Of a stretch of 64,000 nucleotides of DNA, positions 50,683 through 64,000 are shown in pieces (position 1 is the stretch's first letter; each line of letters starts with the position of its first letter). The notes below the pieces were generated by a model that saw only the letters and a program-made list of their open reading frames with translations, ran no database searches and was not told where the DNA came from. Position numbers and translations under genes: made by a program. The stretch is taken from contig ML978142.1 in assembly GCA_010015805.1 (NCBI GenBank), forward strand, positions 124,001 to 188,000, written 5' to 3'. This stretch comes from Rhizodiscina lignyota. Taxonomy: Eukaryota.

Positions 50683-52047
50683 ATGGCGCCAGCGGTCCCG
50701 ACGGACCCAACGACTCTAGCATATCAGGCCAAACATGAAAACGATAACCGTGGCGGCGAATTGGTGGCGATTCTCATTGTTTTGCTCTCGTCATCGGTCG
50801 TCTTCATGGCTCTACGATGCTATGTCCGGATTTGGATCATCAAATCTTTCGCTGCCGATGACTGGCTCGCGCTGGGAACGCTGGTAAGGCTATTGTTTTA
50901 TCAGTGCAGCATGTTGTGGTTTGTGAAGGTTAACAGGACTATCCAGGTGTCATTCGCGATATCCTCCGGCTTCGCTATGTGGGGAGCGCACGAAGGCATG
51001 ATGAGACACATCTGGGCGCTTACTCCAGTGATGCTGATGCATGCGTGGAAGGTGATCGCTGACGCAACGAGATGAGTTTATGTTCTACTGACTTTAAGCA
51101 GGCTTGGTACTTCTTCACAGTCTTCTACGTCGTGTCGATCTTCCTTGTCCGCCTTGCGGTCTGCTTCCTCCTCCTCCGCGTCTGCATCCGAAGATGGCAC
51201 AAGATATTCATCTACTTTGTCATGGGATTGAATGTCCTCTTCAACATCTATTACTTCTTCGTGACCGTCTTTCAATGCATGCCAGTCAACTATCTATGGA
51301 GACAGTTCGACCCAGTCAGCCCGCTGAAAGGACACTGCGTTCCACCAACTGTGAATGGTGACTCTGTCATAGCCTCAACAGCCGTCTCTGTCTTTACGGA
51401 TTGGAGTCTCGGGTTACTGCCCATCTTCATCTTACGTGACCTTCAGATGAATATACGCAAGAAGGCCGCGATTGGCATTCTGCTTAGCCTCGCATCGGTG
51501 TATGTCTCACTTCATTTCACCTAGAGATGTGTCCGTTAATCCCAGAGCAGGATAAGCGTTGCGACTCTTGTCCGCGTACCATTTATCGTCAACCTTGGAA
51601 AGAATGACGACTTCTTCTGTAAGCAATCCAATGTCGCACACGAACGTCAGATTGACTGGCTTTGTACCAGGGAGCTCTCTTGGTCCCGCCGTCTGGTCGT
51701 CTGTGGAACCCGGTCTCGGAATTATTGTGCTCAGCCTTGCCACACTCCGTCCTCTCTTCCAATCCATTTTTGAGTCAGCTTCATCCCTATACCGCCGGAC
51801 CGGAGACTCCAATACCCCCAATGGCTGCTCAAAATATGGCCCTCGCAGCCGCAGTGCTAGCCGCACTCTTAATGAAACGAATCTCCCAAAAGCCAGCGCG
51901 GGGGTGATTGAGCTGCGGCACCTCAGCACACACAACCTGAAGGCACATCAACCTTGGGAAGACGGCTGGCGACAAGCTGCTCCTCGAGGAACAGAGGCCG
52001 GAGCGACAATCTCAAATGATGTGCGCGGTGGCATCGACTTCTCATAG
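50683..52047 (+). CDS. PTH11-like (fungal rhodopsin-domain) integral membrane protein, no CFEM domain, multi-exon
   Basis: ALRCYVR...DDWL, FQCMPVNYLW, TDWSLGLLPI..LRDLQM..RKK and WSSVEPGLGIIVLSLATLRPL. Confidence 0.88.
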
Positions 52048-52157
52048 GATTCTATATATCGCGCAGATAGCGATACGAGTAACTCAAAGGACGACGACGA
52101 ACAAGCCATACGAAAAACAACCGACGTCAGAATGCATACCGGATATAGCTGAATACG

Positions 52158-53995
52158 TTACAGGCGCGCCCGCTCAGCGTCTCTCACCTTCAGCCCTCGG
52201 CTCTTCCCCTCCCTCTCGCGTGCCTTCAGGACCCGCCTCAGCAGCTTCCCGGTTGGACTCTTTGGGACTTCGTCGGCGAATTCAATCTCCGCGAGCCATT
52301 TGTACCTGACCTTCTTCTCTTTCACGTACGCTAATAATTTTACGCCGAGCTCGTGCTTATCTTTGATGCTCTTCTTTGCGACGACAACCGCCTTTGGTCT
52401 GTGATTGCCTCCATCAGCTCAGCACACACGCTTGGGATCACAGGGCTTACTTCTCTCCGGAGTACATATCTGGGATACCGACAACAGCGCAATCATCAAC
52501 GTCGGGATGTCCCAGTAACAAATCCTCTAGTTCTGCAGGAGGAACTTGCAGCCCCTTTACCTTGATCATCTCCTTAATGCGGTCTTCGATGTGGATCAGC
52601 CCTTCTGCGTCAATATGTCCAACGTCGCCGGTATGCAGATAACCCTCGCTGTCGAAGCTCTCTTTTGTTGCGGCCTCATTGTCCAGGTACCCCATTGCAA
52701 TTTGAGGACCTCTCGCACAGATCTCTCCCGTCTCGCCAACTCCAAGCTCTCTTCCGTCGTCGAGGCTGATGACCTTGGCCGTGGTGTTGGCAACAAGCAT
52801 TCCGCCTGTCGCAGCGTACTTGTAGTCATGGTGCGAGGGAGGATGGCATGAGATGCACGCCGTCGATTCAGTCGCACCGTACCCTTGGCGGAATCCGGTC
52901 CAGGGGAACTTCTGCTGGAGCGCCTTGATTATCTCTGGACTTATTGGCGCGGATCCAGAGGACCAGCGACGAACAACACTAAGATCATACTCGTTCGCAA
53001 CGGGATCACGTACGATTCTGATTAGGATGGGAGGCACGAGGATCAGCTCGCGGATTTTGTGAGAGACGATGGCAGACAACATGGACGGAAGGGTAAACGC
53101 CGGTAGCATGATGGAGAAGCCGTTCATGAGTATCGGGTACGTGCAGAACCGGACAAGACCAGTGATGTGGAACAAGGGCATGACAGCAAGGATTTTGTAC
53201 TGTTCTCCAGGCTCCACAATTTGCAACTGACGGAGTTGGAGACATTGCGAAATCATGTTTAGATGGGATATCATGACCTGGATATATCAGCACATCATCA
53301 ATGATACGATTCAAGAGTACGTACAGCTTTAGGGAAACCAGTTGTGCCGGAAGAGAAGTTCAGGTAGCAGCAAACGTCCTTGCTGGATTTGCCTTTCGGT
53401 ATTGGCCATGGAGCGTTGGGTGTGTAGTGAGTGCCAATGTCGATGAGTTCTTGGATGTTCGTGAAACCCTCGGCTTTTCCTTCGAGCAGAAGGACTCGAT
53501 CACGAGGGAGGCCAGCATTGTCTGCTGCAGCGAGAGCTATTTTCAGTGCCGACGGCAAAGTGATGAGGATCTTTGATTTGGCCGTCTTCAATGCGTGTGT
53601 CATTTCTTCCTCAAGATACGCCGGAGATGCGCCATTGACTCGGCCTCCTGCTCGAACGATGGCCCACATCGCCAGAGGGTACCAGACGGTATTCGTGCTA
53701 AATAAAGAGACCGTGTCTCCCGGTTGGAGTCCATAGTTGCGGATCAGAACGGTGCTGAGTTTGGTAGCCTTCTCTTTTACTTGCGCCCAGTCGAGTCTCT
53801 CTCCAGTGACAGCATTGATATAAGCTCCGAGTGGCTGCGATCCGCGGTTATATAATGGAGACCATTCATTCTCCTCAAATAGCCATTGCCATGTGGTGAG
53901 GTTCTCTGGATCTGTTTGCGGTCAGCGTATTGTGAGCTTTATAGCTCAAGAAACTCACACTGCAGATCAGGATGGGGAGATTTGAACAACACCAT
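52158..53995 (-). CDS. 4-coumarate/phenylacetate-CoA ligase-like adenylate-forming enzyme, peroxisomal (C-terminal ARL), multi-exon
   Basis: FSSGTTGFPKAV, QGYGATE, GYLHTGD, IEDRIKEMIKVKG and VPKSPTGKLLRR...ARL*. Confidence 0.92.
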
Positions 53996-54617
53996 GACTC
54001 CAAAGGAAAGCAGTCTAGTTCTCTACTCTATATAATTGTCGGTCTAGCAAGGGTGGTAATTCGATGTATTTCCCCGTATTTACAATGAAGAGTGTGGAGT
54101 ATTCCATCCCCACAATGTGCCTCGGATATTTCGGCGATGTGCGGTACTTTCGCAGCCACACATTCGGTTATCATTCCGATAATTATACTTTTCCGATTGT
54201 AGATTCAATAGTGAGCGATTTCTCATGAGATTTGAAAGGTCCTATGGTCCTATGGTGGAAGACCAATAATGAGTTTTTAGAGTAGAAGGCAAAGCATTCC
54301 CTCCTCAAATGTGAATGTGTGGTTGTGGCAAAGCATTGGAGTGGCGTATCGTGTGAACCTGCTCATGCAATTGAAATTGCTCAAACGAAAAGAAACAAAC
54401 AAAATTCTTTTATAAATACAGCGTTTGATATGATTCAGAATGCAGGCAGTTCTTCCCCTCTGTTTCAAGTGGCAGTGTTCTGATGTGTGCATGATATGAT
54501 CACGGACATGCTACTGGGTGCCTCGACATCGTATCTTTCATCTTCACATTTACGTTCTTGAGCGCTTTTTTTGTCAACTCAATATCTAGGAAGCGCCTCC
54601 TAGCGCTCCCTCGTAGA

Positions 54618-56717
54618 ATGTCAAGATGTCAAATATGTTTCAATTTGGAAACAGACGAGAAAGGGGTCTTCCCTCCAAATGCGGAGCAGGACCTTTGGAC
54701 GGAACTGCGCGACCTCGAAAGATCAGCGAATTCTGGATGCTCTAGCTGCCAGCTCATCTTCAACGGCATTGCGCATTGCAAACCTGAAATTTTGACGAGA
54801 GATAACGTTACAGTCCGTCAAGGTAGACATTGGATTTATGCAGAGCGCCCGAGGCTTTACATCCGTCTAAGAAACAACGAGCCCGATGATGAGGCTACGT
54901 TGGAGTTTTCCAGCCTCAAGACTCAACGAACACCGTGGCCCGCAATTGGACCCTCTAACCGACTTCACAAGCGGACTACCTGCGAGGACAGTATCGAACA
55001 AGCGCTTGATTGGATCAAGACTTGTCGTGAGTCCCATGTGGCATGCCAAAGACACGGGCCTCCGGGGACGCTTGTGCCTCTACCGTCGAGAATATTGGCA
55101 CTGGGAGAGTTTCAGTCGAACTCGACGTCACCATCGTGCAGGAGCATCTCCCTTAAATTGCACGTCACGAACCCAAATGATCGTGGACTCTACGCTTGTT
55201 TGAGCCATTGCTGGGGAAGCTCGCACAAGACACTCACAACGACAACCGAGACACTCCCCACGCGCCTGGCCGGCATTGAGTGGGAGTCGTTACCACGATT
55301 ATTCCAGCACGCAATCTGGGCTGCCCGAAGACTTGGTTATCGCTATCTCTGGATTGACAGCTTGTGCATTTTACAAGATCGGGACGACAAGTCTGATTGG
55401 AACGGGGAGGCACGCAGGATGGCACAGTATTACAGACTTGCCGATATCACACTTGCAGCCGTTTCCGCTTCCAGCAGCGAAGGCGCATGCATCTTTGATT
55501 ACGAAGGCATTACATCCGAACCAATGGCCGACTTTGAAGTCTCGGCGTTTGGCCAGGATGGTCAGAGACACTCCGTTTTCGTGAGGGACGTCATCAAACA
55601 CCTGGGTCCTCGAGACGACCGCTTCATGTCTGAATTCCCACTTCTCAGTCGCGGATGGGTCTATCAAGAGAGACTGCTGTCTCGGAGAGTCCTCTATTTC
55701 GGCTGTAGAGAGTTCATTTGGGAGTGCTGTAGCGAAAGAGCATGCCAGTGTTGCCAAAAAATTCCCACAGGCCACGAAGGCATCCCTTTCAAGATAGCAC
55801 ACCAGGCAGCATTGGATCACTACGGACATCTCAGAGAGATTGAAAATCCAAATGATGGAGATGATCAGAATTATGCATCCCCCTCTGAGAGGTGGAGAGA
55901 CATGGTGGAAGAATATTCAAGGCTTGACCTGACAAAGTTATCGGACCGGCTACCGGCAATCTCCGGCTGCGCTGATGAGATCTGGGAATCGATGAAAGGA
56001 CGCTAAATTGCAGGAATGCGGTCCGACAGTCTTGTACTCGACTTGCTGTGGGAAGGCGATCCGCGAAGTCTACCCCGGCCGACCAATCTTCTTGCGCCTT
56101 CCTGGTCCTGGGCAGCTGTTGCTGGCTCTATCATTTGGAGCCAACAGCCGCGAGGGCAGGAGAGACGGCAGAGCTTCATAAGGATCCTGAATGACTTCGG
56201 CACAATCATCAATCCACCTTCTTCCTATGAGTGGCCGGAAAGTCTGTGCGTTGCTGGCAGACTTGCACCAGCAACAATCTTTCACGACGACGATAGAGAT
56301 CATCATGAGGATCTGCGGAGAAGCCGATTGAAGCTTGCGGGACCAGATGGAAGCGAGATTGTCGTCACTGAATCGCACTTTACGCCAGACTACGATTTAG
56401 AGGGGGAAGGTCGTTTCCAGGTGCTGAGTGGCGGAACTGTATTCTTGCTCCGAGCTGCTCGCATTCCTGGCATGACCACGACAATGGAGTTTGCTCTAGT
56501 CTTACGGAAGTGTCAGTCAGCACATCAACGTATTGGCATCGCTCGTATACCGCTGGCCTTACCAGAGTTTACGTCAAACGACGGTGAAGTGAGAGATTTA
56601 GGTGATTGTGGTCGTTCTAGTTGGCTATTGGATGTGACGGCCCAACCTCGACTTTCGGCCACCGATGCGGTTTTTGACTGGCACGGGCATCCTGAAGCTG
56701 ACGTGTGGATCGTGTGA
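54618..56717 (+). pseudogene. HET-domain protein with a single in-frame TAA (56004-56006)
   Basis: YACLSHCWG, YLWIDSLCILQD, RGWVYQERLLS, DRLPAISG...KGR*IAGM...DLLW...APSWSWA, all in one frame. Confidence 0.85.
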
Positions 56718-56867
56718 GGTGGGTAGGGTAACCGGAGCAATGTCCAGCAATGCCATTCCATCATCGAGGAAAGACCCATGTGACGAAGAATGCCACAGCG
56801 TTCTAGAACTGGATTGAGCCCCTGTACGTATCCCGTAGTCGGTCTCTGGCCCTCCGACTAGGCTGGC

Positions 56868-58437
56868 TCAAAACAGGAAACCTGAATTGTAAACGTCGAA
56901 ATTCTGTTGTGCATCGAAGAAACCTTCAGATGACATGGGAGTATATTCCAAGCTGGAGGCTGGACATGGCTGTGCTCGGTTATTGTTTGCGCGCACGTTT
57001 GATCCGTCAAGGCTCTCAGATACTTCCGCCGTGGCAATGCGCGGATATGCGACTGGTAACAGTGATTGGGGGATTGAGCCTCTGACGGGGATGTCGCTGT
57101 ACAACTCTGGAAACGGCTGAAAGAAGTCGGAATCCATAGACCAGGCTTTGATGTCGGCAATTCGCTCAAGGAATGACGGCGAGTAATGGTATTGGCTAGT
57201 CAACGTATCGCGCGAGTAACAGTCGCGCAATTCAAAGGGCCAGAGAAACAGACATTTAGACGAGAAGAGCTCCCAAAAAAAGTCTGTGCAGTACTGCTGC
57301 TCTGCAAAGATGAGCCGTTCGCGGAGCCCTGGCCTGCACTCTAATCAGCAGGCAGTCGCGGAGCGCTTGGATAGTGAGGAGGCTTACCATGCGAAGAAAT
57401 CAATTGCATACGAGTGTGCGATCCGCTGCGAAGGTCTATTTCCCTTGGGTCAGGATGTAGTCGATATCAAGAGCGAGGGAACACTACCTTGGAATGTACC
57501 ACGGTGGTAACGCCGCCAACCGCTCAGGGGATGGATCCGCATGGTAACGCAGGAGAAGATGCATGATCTTTAGAGAAGCCAGTCTCAATGGCGGGCTAAA
57601 ATGTCCAAACAGCCACTCGTCAGCGTTTCGAAGCTTCGACCACAATGGTGTTAATTTCCCCTGCGCCTCAACCACCGCCCACCCTTCTGCAACTGCACGG
57701 ACTGGAACATCGTCGGCCAGGGCGTCTTCAACGCGTAGAATCTCTTGCGTGAGCTTGAGTTTATGTCCCATTGCTTGGCTTGCAAGGCCCCAGCAGTCCA
57801 TCGCAGTCTCCCGACCACTGCTGGTCCTTTCAGGGGGGTGACAGCATTCGTAGTCTGGTAAGTAGACATTTGACGAGGCCGACTTTGGAGGAGACACATT
57901 CGATATTAAGGGCGTATTGGCAGACGTCAATCCAAAGTCTACAACCGCTGCAGCGTATCGCGAGCTTCCCTCTGATATGATGGGTTTATTTGCCTCGTGA
58001 AATGATTTGAAATCAGATTCAGGGGATTCGGAAAGCGTATTATCGGGCGTGCAACTTTTGAAGACTGATACCTGGTCCATCTTGGAGTCAATCTCAGCTG
58101 GTACAGATGATGTAGCTGGTGAATCTGGCGTCTGTTTCGGATCGCTGGGACCAGAGAAATGGCCTTGTACCGAGAGTTGGATGCCTTTCAGAGTCTTCAG
58201 AAGGTCGTCTCTTTCTGTGGTCATCTTCTCCAGTTGGGCTACCAGCGCTGCAATTTTACCGCTCGTGTCTTGCTGGGTCGACGCTTCGACGAGACTCTCA
58301 AGTTGCGCAAGCCGTGATCTTTTGCGTTCGCGTGACAGACGCTGAGAGCGTCGATCGATCTCCCGTTTCTTGAGGCGTTTCAACTCGACCTCTTCCATTA
58401 TCCCATCTTCAGCCTTCAGATTCCGCTCTGCTACCAT
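56868..58437 (-). CDS. bZIP transcription factor with DUF3425-type C-terminal domain, 3 exons
   Basis: KRLKKREIDRRSQRLSRERKRSRLAQLE plus leucine zipper; LPPWYIP|RPSQ..HSYAIDFFAW|PGLRERLI. Confidence 0.85.
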
Positions 58438-59542
58438 GCTGATACTGGAGAGGCCTCAGACCTTGCGAGGCCAACACTCCGGAGAAAATGAGCGGGTCCT
58501 GATTGAGATTCGCAAAACCAACGAGCAAGGGCTAAACAGCGCAATGGACGTGACGGCCACCGTTCGTGCCTGGAGACGAAGGCAAAACCAAAAGCGAAAA
58601 TATGAAGCTATTCATGAAAGTCACCGTGAAGACACGCGCGGAAATAAGTCTTCAAACTTCTCGCATGCCAAGAGGAGCGAATCTGAGGCATCAATGCTCG
58701 ACTGGAGACAGTGCATATGTAAGCACTACCTCAGTCATGTCCCTAAGTCCGGGATGAGATAGGGCAAGGAATATGCCGAAAGGACTTCAAAGCCATGGGT
58801 TACGTAATGATTCCAAAAAGGCCTTTTCTGCAATCACTATATGTAACAGGTATTTTCCCATTTAAATGCTTGCTGTTGACGGTTGAGCCGCAACAGTGCT
58901 GCAGAGCAGCGAAACAGGAGGCGGAGGTGGTTGATTGTTACGGGGGAGTGGGGAGACTTGGCCACGATTGGCTAGCTTGAGCCTCACATAATTATGTAAT
59001 GTGGATATTATGTCATCCGTCGCATGGGCGACTGGAGATCCCCTGATCCTCAACGCTCAAGGTCTCGTACTCGTTTGTGGGTTTTACTCGTTTGCCTGGC
59101 ACGACACACGGTTTTCAGTCCGAGAGGTGTTCCACTCACTCCCGCGAAGCAGTTTATACGCAATACAGCCTGTTGGGTTACATTGCAGCTCTGATCGCAC
59201 CAGCTCTAACCTTCGGCCTCCCCTTTGCGAGATAAGGCGTACTCCTTCGCAGACTCTTCCTGTCCGAATCTGCTTCCTTACAGATGCAGGAACAATGGAA
59301 CAAGCTTTCGGGAGATCTTCGTTTGGCTTAGACTGCGACAGTGCGGACCAAATATGCAAGGGTGCGTGGTCAGAGGATCATGTCTCTGCACCGTTGGAGT
59401 AGGAGTCCGATACCCATTGAAGCATCTGGCGTAATATTTCAAGATCTCATTGGCATCTACGGAGTAGTCTCGGGTTCATAATAAGTCGACCCTTGCCCGA
59501 GGGTGAAATACAAATCTTTACATGTCAATTTCAGTTTCTCTG

Positions 59543-61762
59543 TTAATGCTGCGACCGCTCTCGCGCGTATCTGATGATGTCTGCCCCCTTTTCGGCCGTA
59601 GCATATACCAAGCTGCTTATGTTCCCCTGTTTGTTCAGTGTCAGTGTGATCTTGCGAGTGCCGTTCACTTAAGCTTACCTGCACATGCATGGGAAAAATT
59701 GAAGCATCACAGACGCGCACATTCTTCGTTCCGTACACTTTCAGGCTCGAATCAATGACGCCGCCCTTCTCCCGCGGCAACATTGCACATGTTCCAATTG
59801 GATGATACTCTGTCACGCATGTCTCCCGCACATGCTTCCTGGCATCATCAACGGTTTTGATCGCTCGCTGGCCCGGCATCTATTTTAGTCAGCGCAGGAC
59901 AATAAATAGTCTGATGCGATAAAGCCAGACCGGAATAGTATCACCGTTGGAATCCCTCTTGAAGCGTGATGCCATCGGCTCCATTTCATGAACCCTCATT
60001 GACTCTATAATCGTGAGGGCAAGAATTTCGAGGTCGAGTGGATGGCTCAGGTATCGAGGGTCAATAATCGGTGGCCGCAACGGATCCGCAGATCGAATGT
60101 GTACGAAACCACGGGAGAAGACTCGTGTCAAATCAATCGCCAAACCACCGTACCGCCCTGGGTGGCTATGTGTAAACGTCCTCGACGGCATAGTCGGGTC
60201 GGAAGTGTCACAACCAGTCGGGGCACAGACTATCCGGCCATCAGCTTCATCACTGTCGAAGAGCTGCTTTGCCGCGAGGCTGATCGTCTCCCTTGCTGCG
60301 ACTGTGTCCCCGGGATGGTCTTCCAAGAGCTTTTTCAACCGACGATTGACTTGCTCAGCTCTCTCGTCGCTTTCCACCGTTGTGTGCGACACATACGCTG
60401 CGGTGGCGAACGGATTTGTGAGAGGACCGGCTTTGTGCTGGGTGTACGTATCCATAACCGCTCTGCGGACGTCAGGATTTCGAAAATCGTCGAATGAAGG
60501 CACTCCATCCTCGAGTTCATACCCGTGCAGCACGAGCGGGTGGTCCATCAAATTCTCACCGACGCCTGGATTGTCAATCAAGCAAGGCACCTTGCCATCC
60601 AGAATGGCCGCCGAGCCAATTCCAGAGAGCTCAAGAATCTGCGGGGTATTTATCGCCCCTCCGCAGATGATAACCTCCCTGTCGCAGTTCACAACGCACT
60701 GCCTCCCTTCAGATCCGGCGAGAAACTCGACTCCAGTTGCAACCAGCTCGTCCTTGCGAGATTGAAACACAATACGTGCGGCATGCGCTTCAGTGAGAAC
60801 ATGCAAATTTGAACGCGAGGCATTTGGCGCATAGTATGCTGATGCAGCATAGCTTCGAGTCGCTGTTTTTGGATCTACTGTGGCTGGTGGGTTGAATCCA
60901 CCCATAGCAGTGCCAGTTCGGGGATCTTTTGGCCTGCTGATACCTCAGTATTGCTGCTTCTGGTGCAAAGGGATGCGTACTCTGGATATCCAAGCTTACG
61001 ACAAGCTTCTGGGAAAGCTTTCTGGGTCCAAACCAAATCGGTCTCTGGAAAGCTAGTCTGTATTGGTCCAGAGGTTCCCCGAAGAGTCTCGTCAATGTAG
61101 CTCGACAGCTCTGCTGGCCACATTGAGTTCTTCGAAGGCGGATTATATGTCTCGCACTTCTGATAGTACCTGTACATGGGTCAACCTGCAGAACATGTAA
61201 ATGCAGCAGATGGCTCTTACGGAAGCAAGTCATCGAAGCCCCATCCTGGATTGCCGAGTTTAGCCAGGTTGTCCAAGTCGGATCTGGACGCCTGAGCCCA
61301 CATCTGCAGAATTGTTCAGCCTCTTCAATACATCTCCTGTCCCTCAAAGGCCAACTCTACGTGGAAGTTGAATGCGCTGCTACCACCGAGGCACTTGCCC
61401 CTTGGCCACTCGTGGATGCGACCATTCGAGTGTTGCTGTACTTTCCATCAGTCTATCAGGATACCCAGCGTGTCTTGATTGTCGAACCTGAGGCTCTGTC
61501 CGCCATTTCCAGTCGAGGTCCGGATCGCCCAAAGCCTGCAAGTACGCCACGGGTGTGTCGATGATTGGATTCCCCATTTGATTCTTTCCGGCCTCGATCA
61601 CGCCAACCGTCACGGACTCATCTTCTGTTAAGCGAGCAGCGATTGTCAATCCCGCGGTTCCTGTTGCACGTTAGGAGTTGCTGTCAGATGCAGTGCACTG
61701 TACCTCCCTCCGCCGACGATGACATAGTCGTACCGACGTGAAATAAATTCTTCTGGGGACAT
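59543..61762 (-). CDS. GMC oxidoreductase (AA3 family), multi-exon, no signal peptide seen
   Basis: YDYVIVGGG|TAG, GKCLGGSSAFN, GAINTPQILELSGIG, EYHPIGTCAM (His) and QGNI (Asn), VRVCDASIFP. Confidence 0.92.
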
Positions 61763-62320
61763 TTTTCCGGCCTGAAGAGCTGCCCAACAGTCCAAGATCA
61801 GAAAGCGAGTGTGATAACTAGGAATTGACAAGGGAACAGAAGAAGAGACGCTCAAGGAGTACGAAAGGGGAGGCCGGGTGGGAGGTTTTATCTGCAGCGA
61901 TGGAAAGCCGAATTCAGTAACTTTGTTACTAGAATGGGCAAACGCGTCGAGGTTGCATTGAAGAAAACCGCTATAACAAGCTTGCGACGTGCGCGTTTGG
62001 AGTTTGATTACTTATGTCACGCCGAGCGCTACAGCTTGCGAGAATGCTCGCCAGCTTCTCCGAAAAGGGTAATTGGTAAGGGTGCCACCATAATCACCAT
62101 ACTAATTAAACAGTCTATAAAGACAGTCGGGAGGATATTTACGGCTGGATGGCGAGTTGTTTCGGTATGTGACATGGAAACTGCTCGCAAAAGCTTCAAC
62201 AGCGCCCCTTCTCGCCCCCCACACGCGCGATTGTCATGCTGATCGCTGAAAGCATATCTCCAGTTTCAGTCTATACAAAAGGAACCGTTGCGATTAGGCT
62301 TTCTCATTGCGAGCGCCTAA

Positions 62321-64000
62321 CTACATGGAGTATCGGAACTGGAGGTATGGGTGAGCGGAGGGTCCCGAAGGTTTTGACGAACGCCACTCACATATGGATT
62401 CTCAAAATCAGTATAATCCTGCTCGCCCAGTATCTTTCCTTGCACGATTCTCTCCTCTTCAGAAATCCCTTGCTCGCGCATCTGCCTGTCTCTCTTCCGA
62501 TTGCGCATAACAAGAACCACGCGCCACGATGCAAGCAGCAGAAACTCGAGGGCGAAGCAAATCGCGCAACCAACCGTCCCGCTCGTATATTTCGGCGCAT
62601 CTTGAGCCTTGAAGATCTGAGAGCCGCACATGTTGCCGACACAATAACCCACAAAGGTCCAACTGGACGTAATTGTGCGCTTCGTCCGGCCGGCAATGTT
62701 GGACGGGATCAGACTCCACGCGAGGAACAGCGCAATGACGTACGGGACGGTGATGAAGTAGCATCCCCATTTGGTCCACTTGTGTGCTGGATCGTTTGGC
62801 AGTAGCGATATGCCCAAGAATCCCGCAAAGGGTGTGATGATGGAGAACATCATGAAGTACAAGCGGAGATCCTTCCAGCGGGAGACGGCAAGGCCGATAA
62901 TGACAAAGTAGATGACGGAGAACACATTGCGAGGAATGTCGATGAGGATCGTTTGCAGACTGGCTTGAACAATTGGTCAGCAAGTCGCTGCAGAGAGGCC
63001 AGTCAAGCTAAACAAAAGTCCAAGCACTTACTGAAACCGAACGTAGTATACAGAATATTGCCAAAGGTCGTAAGCCCGCCGTTGGGTACGGAGCTGAGGA
63101 AGGCATTGAGGCCTGCAAACCAAAAGCACGGATCGACGAGGCACTCCCGAATTTGGTTCCATTTCCAAGTTTTGATTGCGGTTCGGTCATGTCCTGTGTT
63201 GTTCGACATGATGCGTGCACTGGCCTTTTATACTATCAGGTTATGCTCGGGACGCATGAAAGATCTCAACGACGTACCATTTCTTTCTCCCTGGGACTCA
63301 GCCATCTGACCTCACTTGGTGTTCCGAGCAGAAAGAGGCAAAGAATTCCAACGACCGTCGTGAGCCCACCGAGGAAATACGAAATATACCTCCAGGCCTC
63401 TCCCTTTCCGTTATTCTGCGCGGCAATTCCCAATCCGTACATGACGAGTTGAGCAATGACGCCAAATCCGGCATTTGCACTCTGAAAGACGAGGCCTCTC
63501 GAGGCATGCTCCCTTGTCTTGTACCAAGAACCCACGACGAGAATGAAACCGGGCGAAATGCAACACTCGAAGAAGCCTTGCAGTGCTCGGAGCGTGACCA
63601 ACTGAGTGAAATTTTGACAGAACCCGATGCACAAGACGACGATGCCCCAGCAGATCATGTAGCATGAGAGCATCCTGCCCATCTTGTATCGCTGAAGGAG
63701 GATGTTTGATGGAAACTCGAAGATCATGTACGTGATGTAGAAGACTGTCGTAAGCCACGAGTACTGTTGTCCGACGAGGTGCGTGTCTTCTCGCAGGCCG
63801 AAGATTGCTTGCGTTCCCAGTGATGTTTTGTCTGTCTGCTGGATCCCGTAGCAGAGCCACATCAACGGCAGCAGGTATCTGTCGGCCTTTCTCTTCAACT
63901 TGTGCAGCTCTTCTTTGGTATATCTGTTCTCGGCGGCGACTTTCAAGATGTCAATACAAGTCGCATTGCGAATGTCGGCCGATGGGGCTTACCATAATCG
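62321..64000 (-). CDS. MFS allantoate-permease family (DAL5-like anion:cation symporter); 5' end outside window
   Basis: LLPLMWLCYGIQQTDK, QQYSWLTTVFY, WYKTREHASR, NIAGRTKR and DYTDFENPY|FRYSM*. Confidence 0.92.

Noticed and set aside
50683..64000. Secondary-metabolite gene cluster (CoA ligase, GMC oxidoreductase, bZIP, MFS)
   Set aside because: No PKS, NRPS or terpene backbone gene in the window; one could lie beyond the right edge, but nothing here shows it.

Overview
Gene-dense, intron-containing fungal DNA (filamentous ascomycete, Pezizomycotina; possibly a dothideomycete, which I cannot confirm from sequence alone). About 35 protein-coding loci and remnants; no rRNA, tRNA or CRISPR features were recognised. 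Housekeeping genes include kynureninase, FOL3-like dihydrofolate synthetase, DEN1/DenA deneddylase, MET8, CYP51, a CUE protein, a CitE-like lyase and HMG-CoA lyase. The centre (21.6-31.7 kb) is a tyrosine/homogentisate catabolic cluster (hppD, fahA, hmgX, hmgR, maiA) that lacks hmgA and carries an unexpected SAM methyltransferase. Three cluster promoters share a 14-bp motif, CGG(A/C)TA(G/T)CTC(A/G)GGA, a candidate HmgR site. A divergent UNC93-like transporter / carbamoyl-amidohydrolase pair has four exact copies of CGGCACTGTATC in its shared promoter and lies next to a Zn2Cys6 gene. Also present: an intact, intron-bearing DD34E transposase with no visible TIRs, tandem Cys/His-finger paralogues, and four HET-type loci, three of them disrupted. 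Exon models were assembled by eye, and product calls rest on motif recognition, not database searches.
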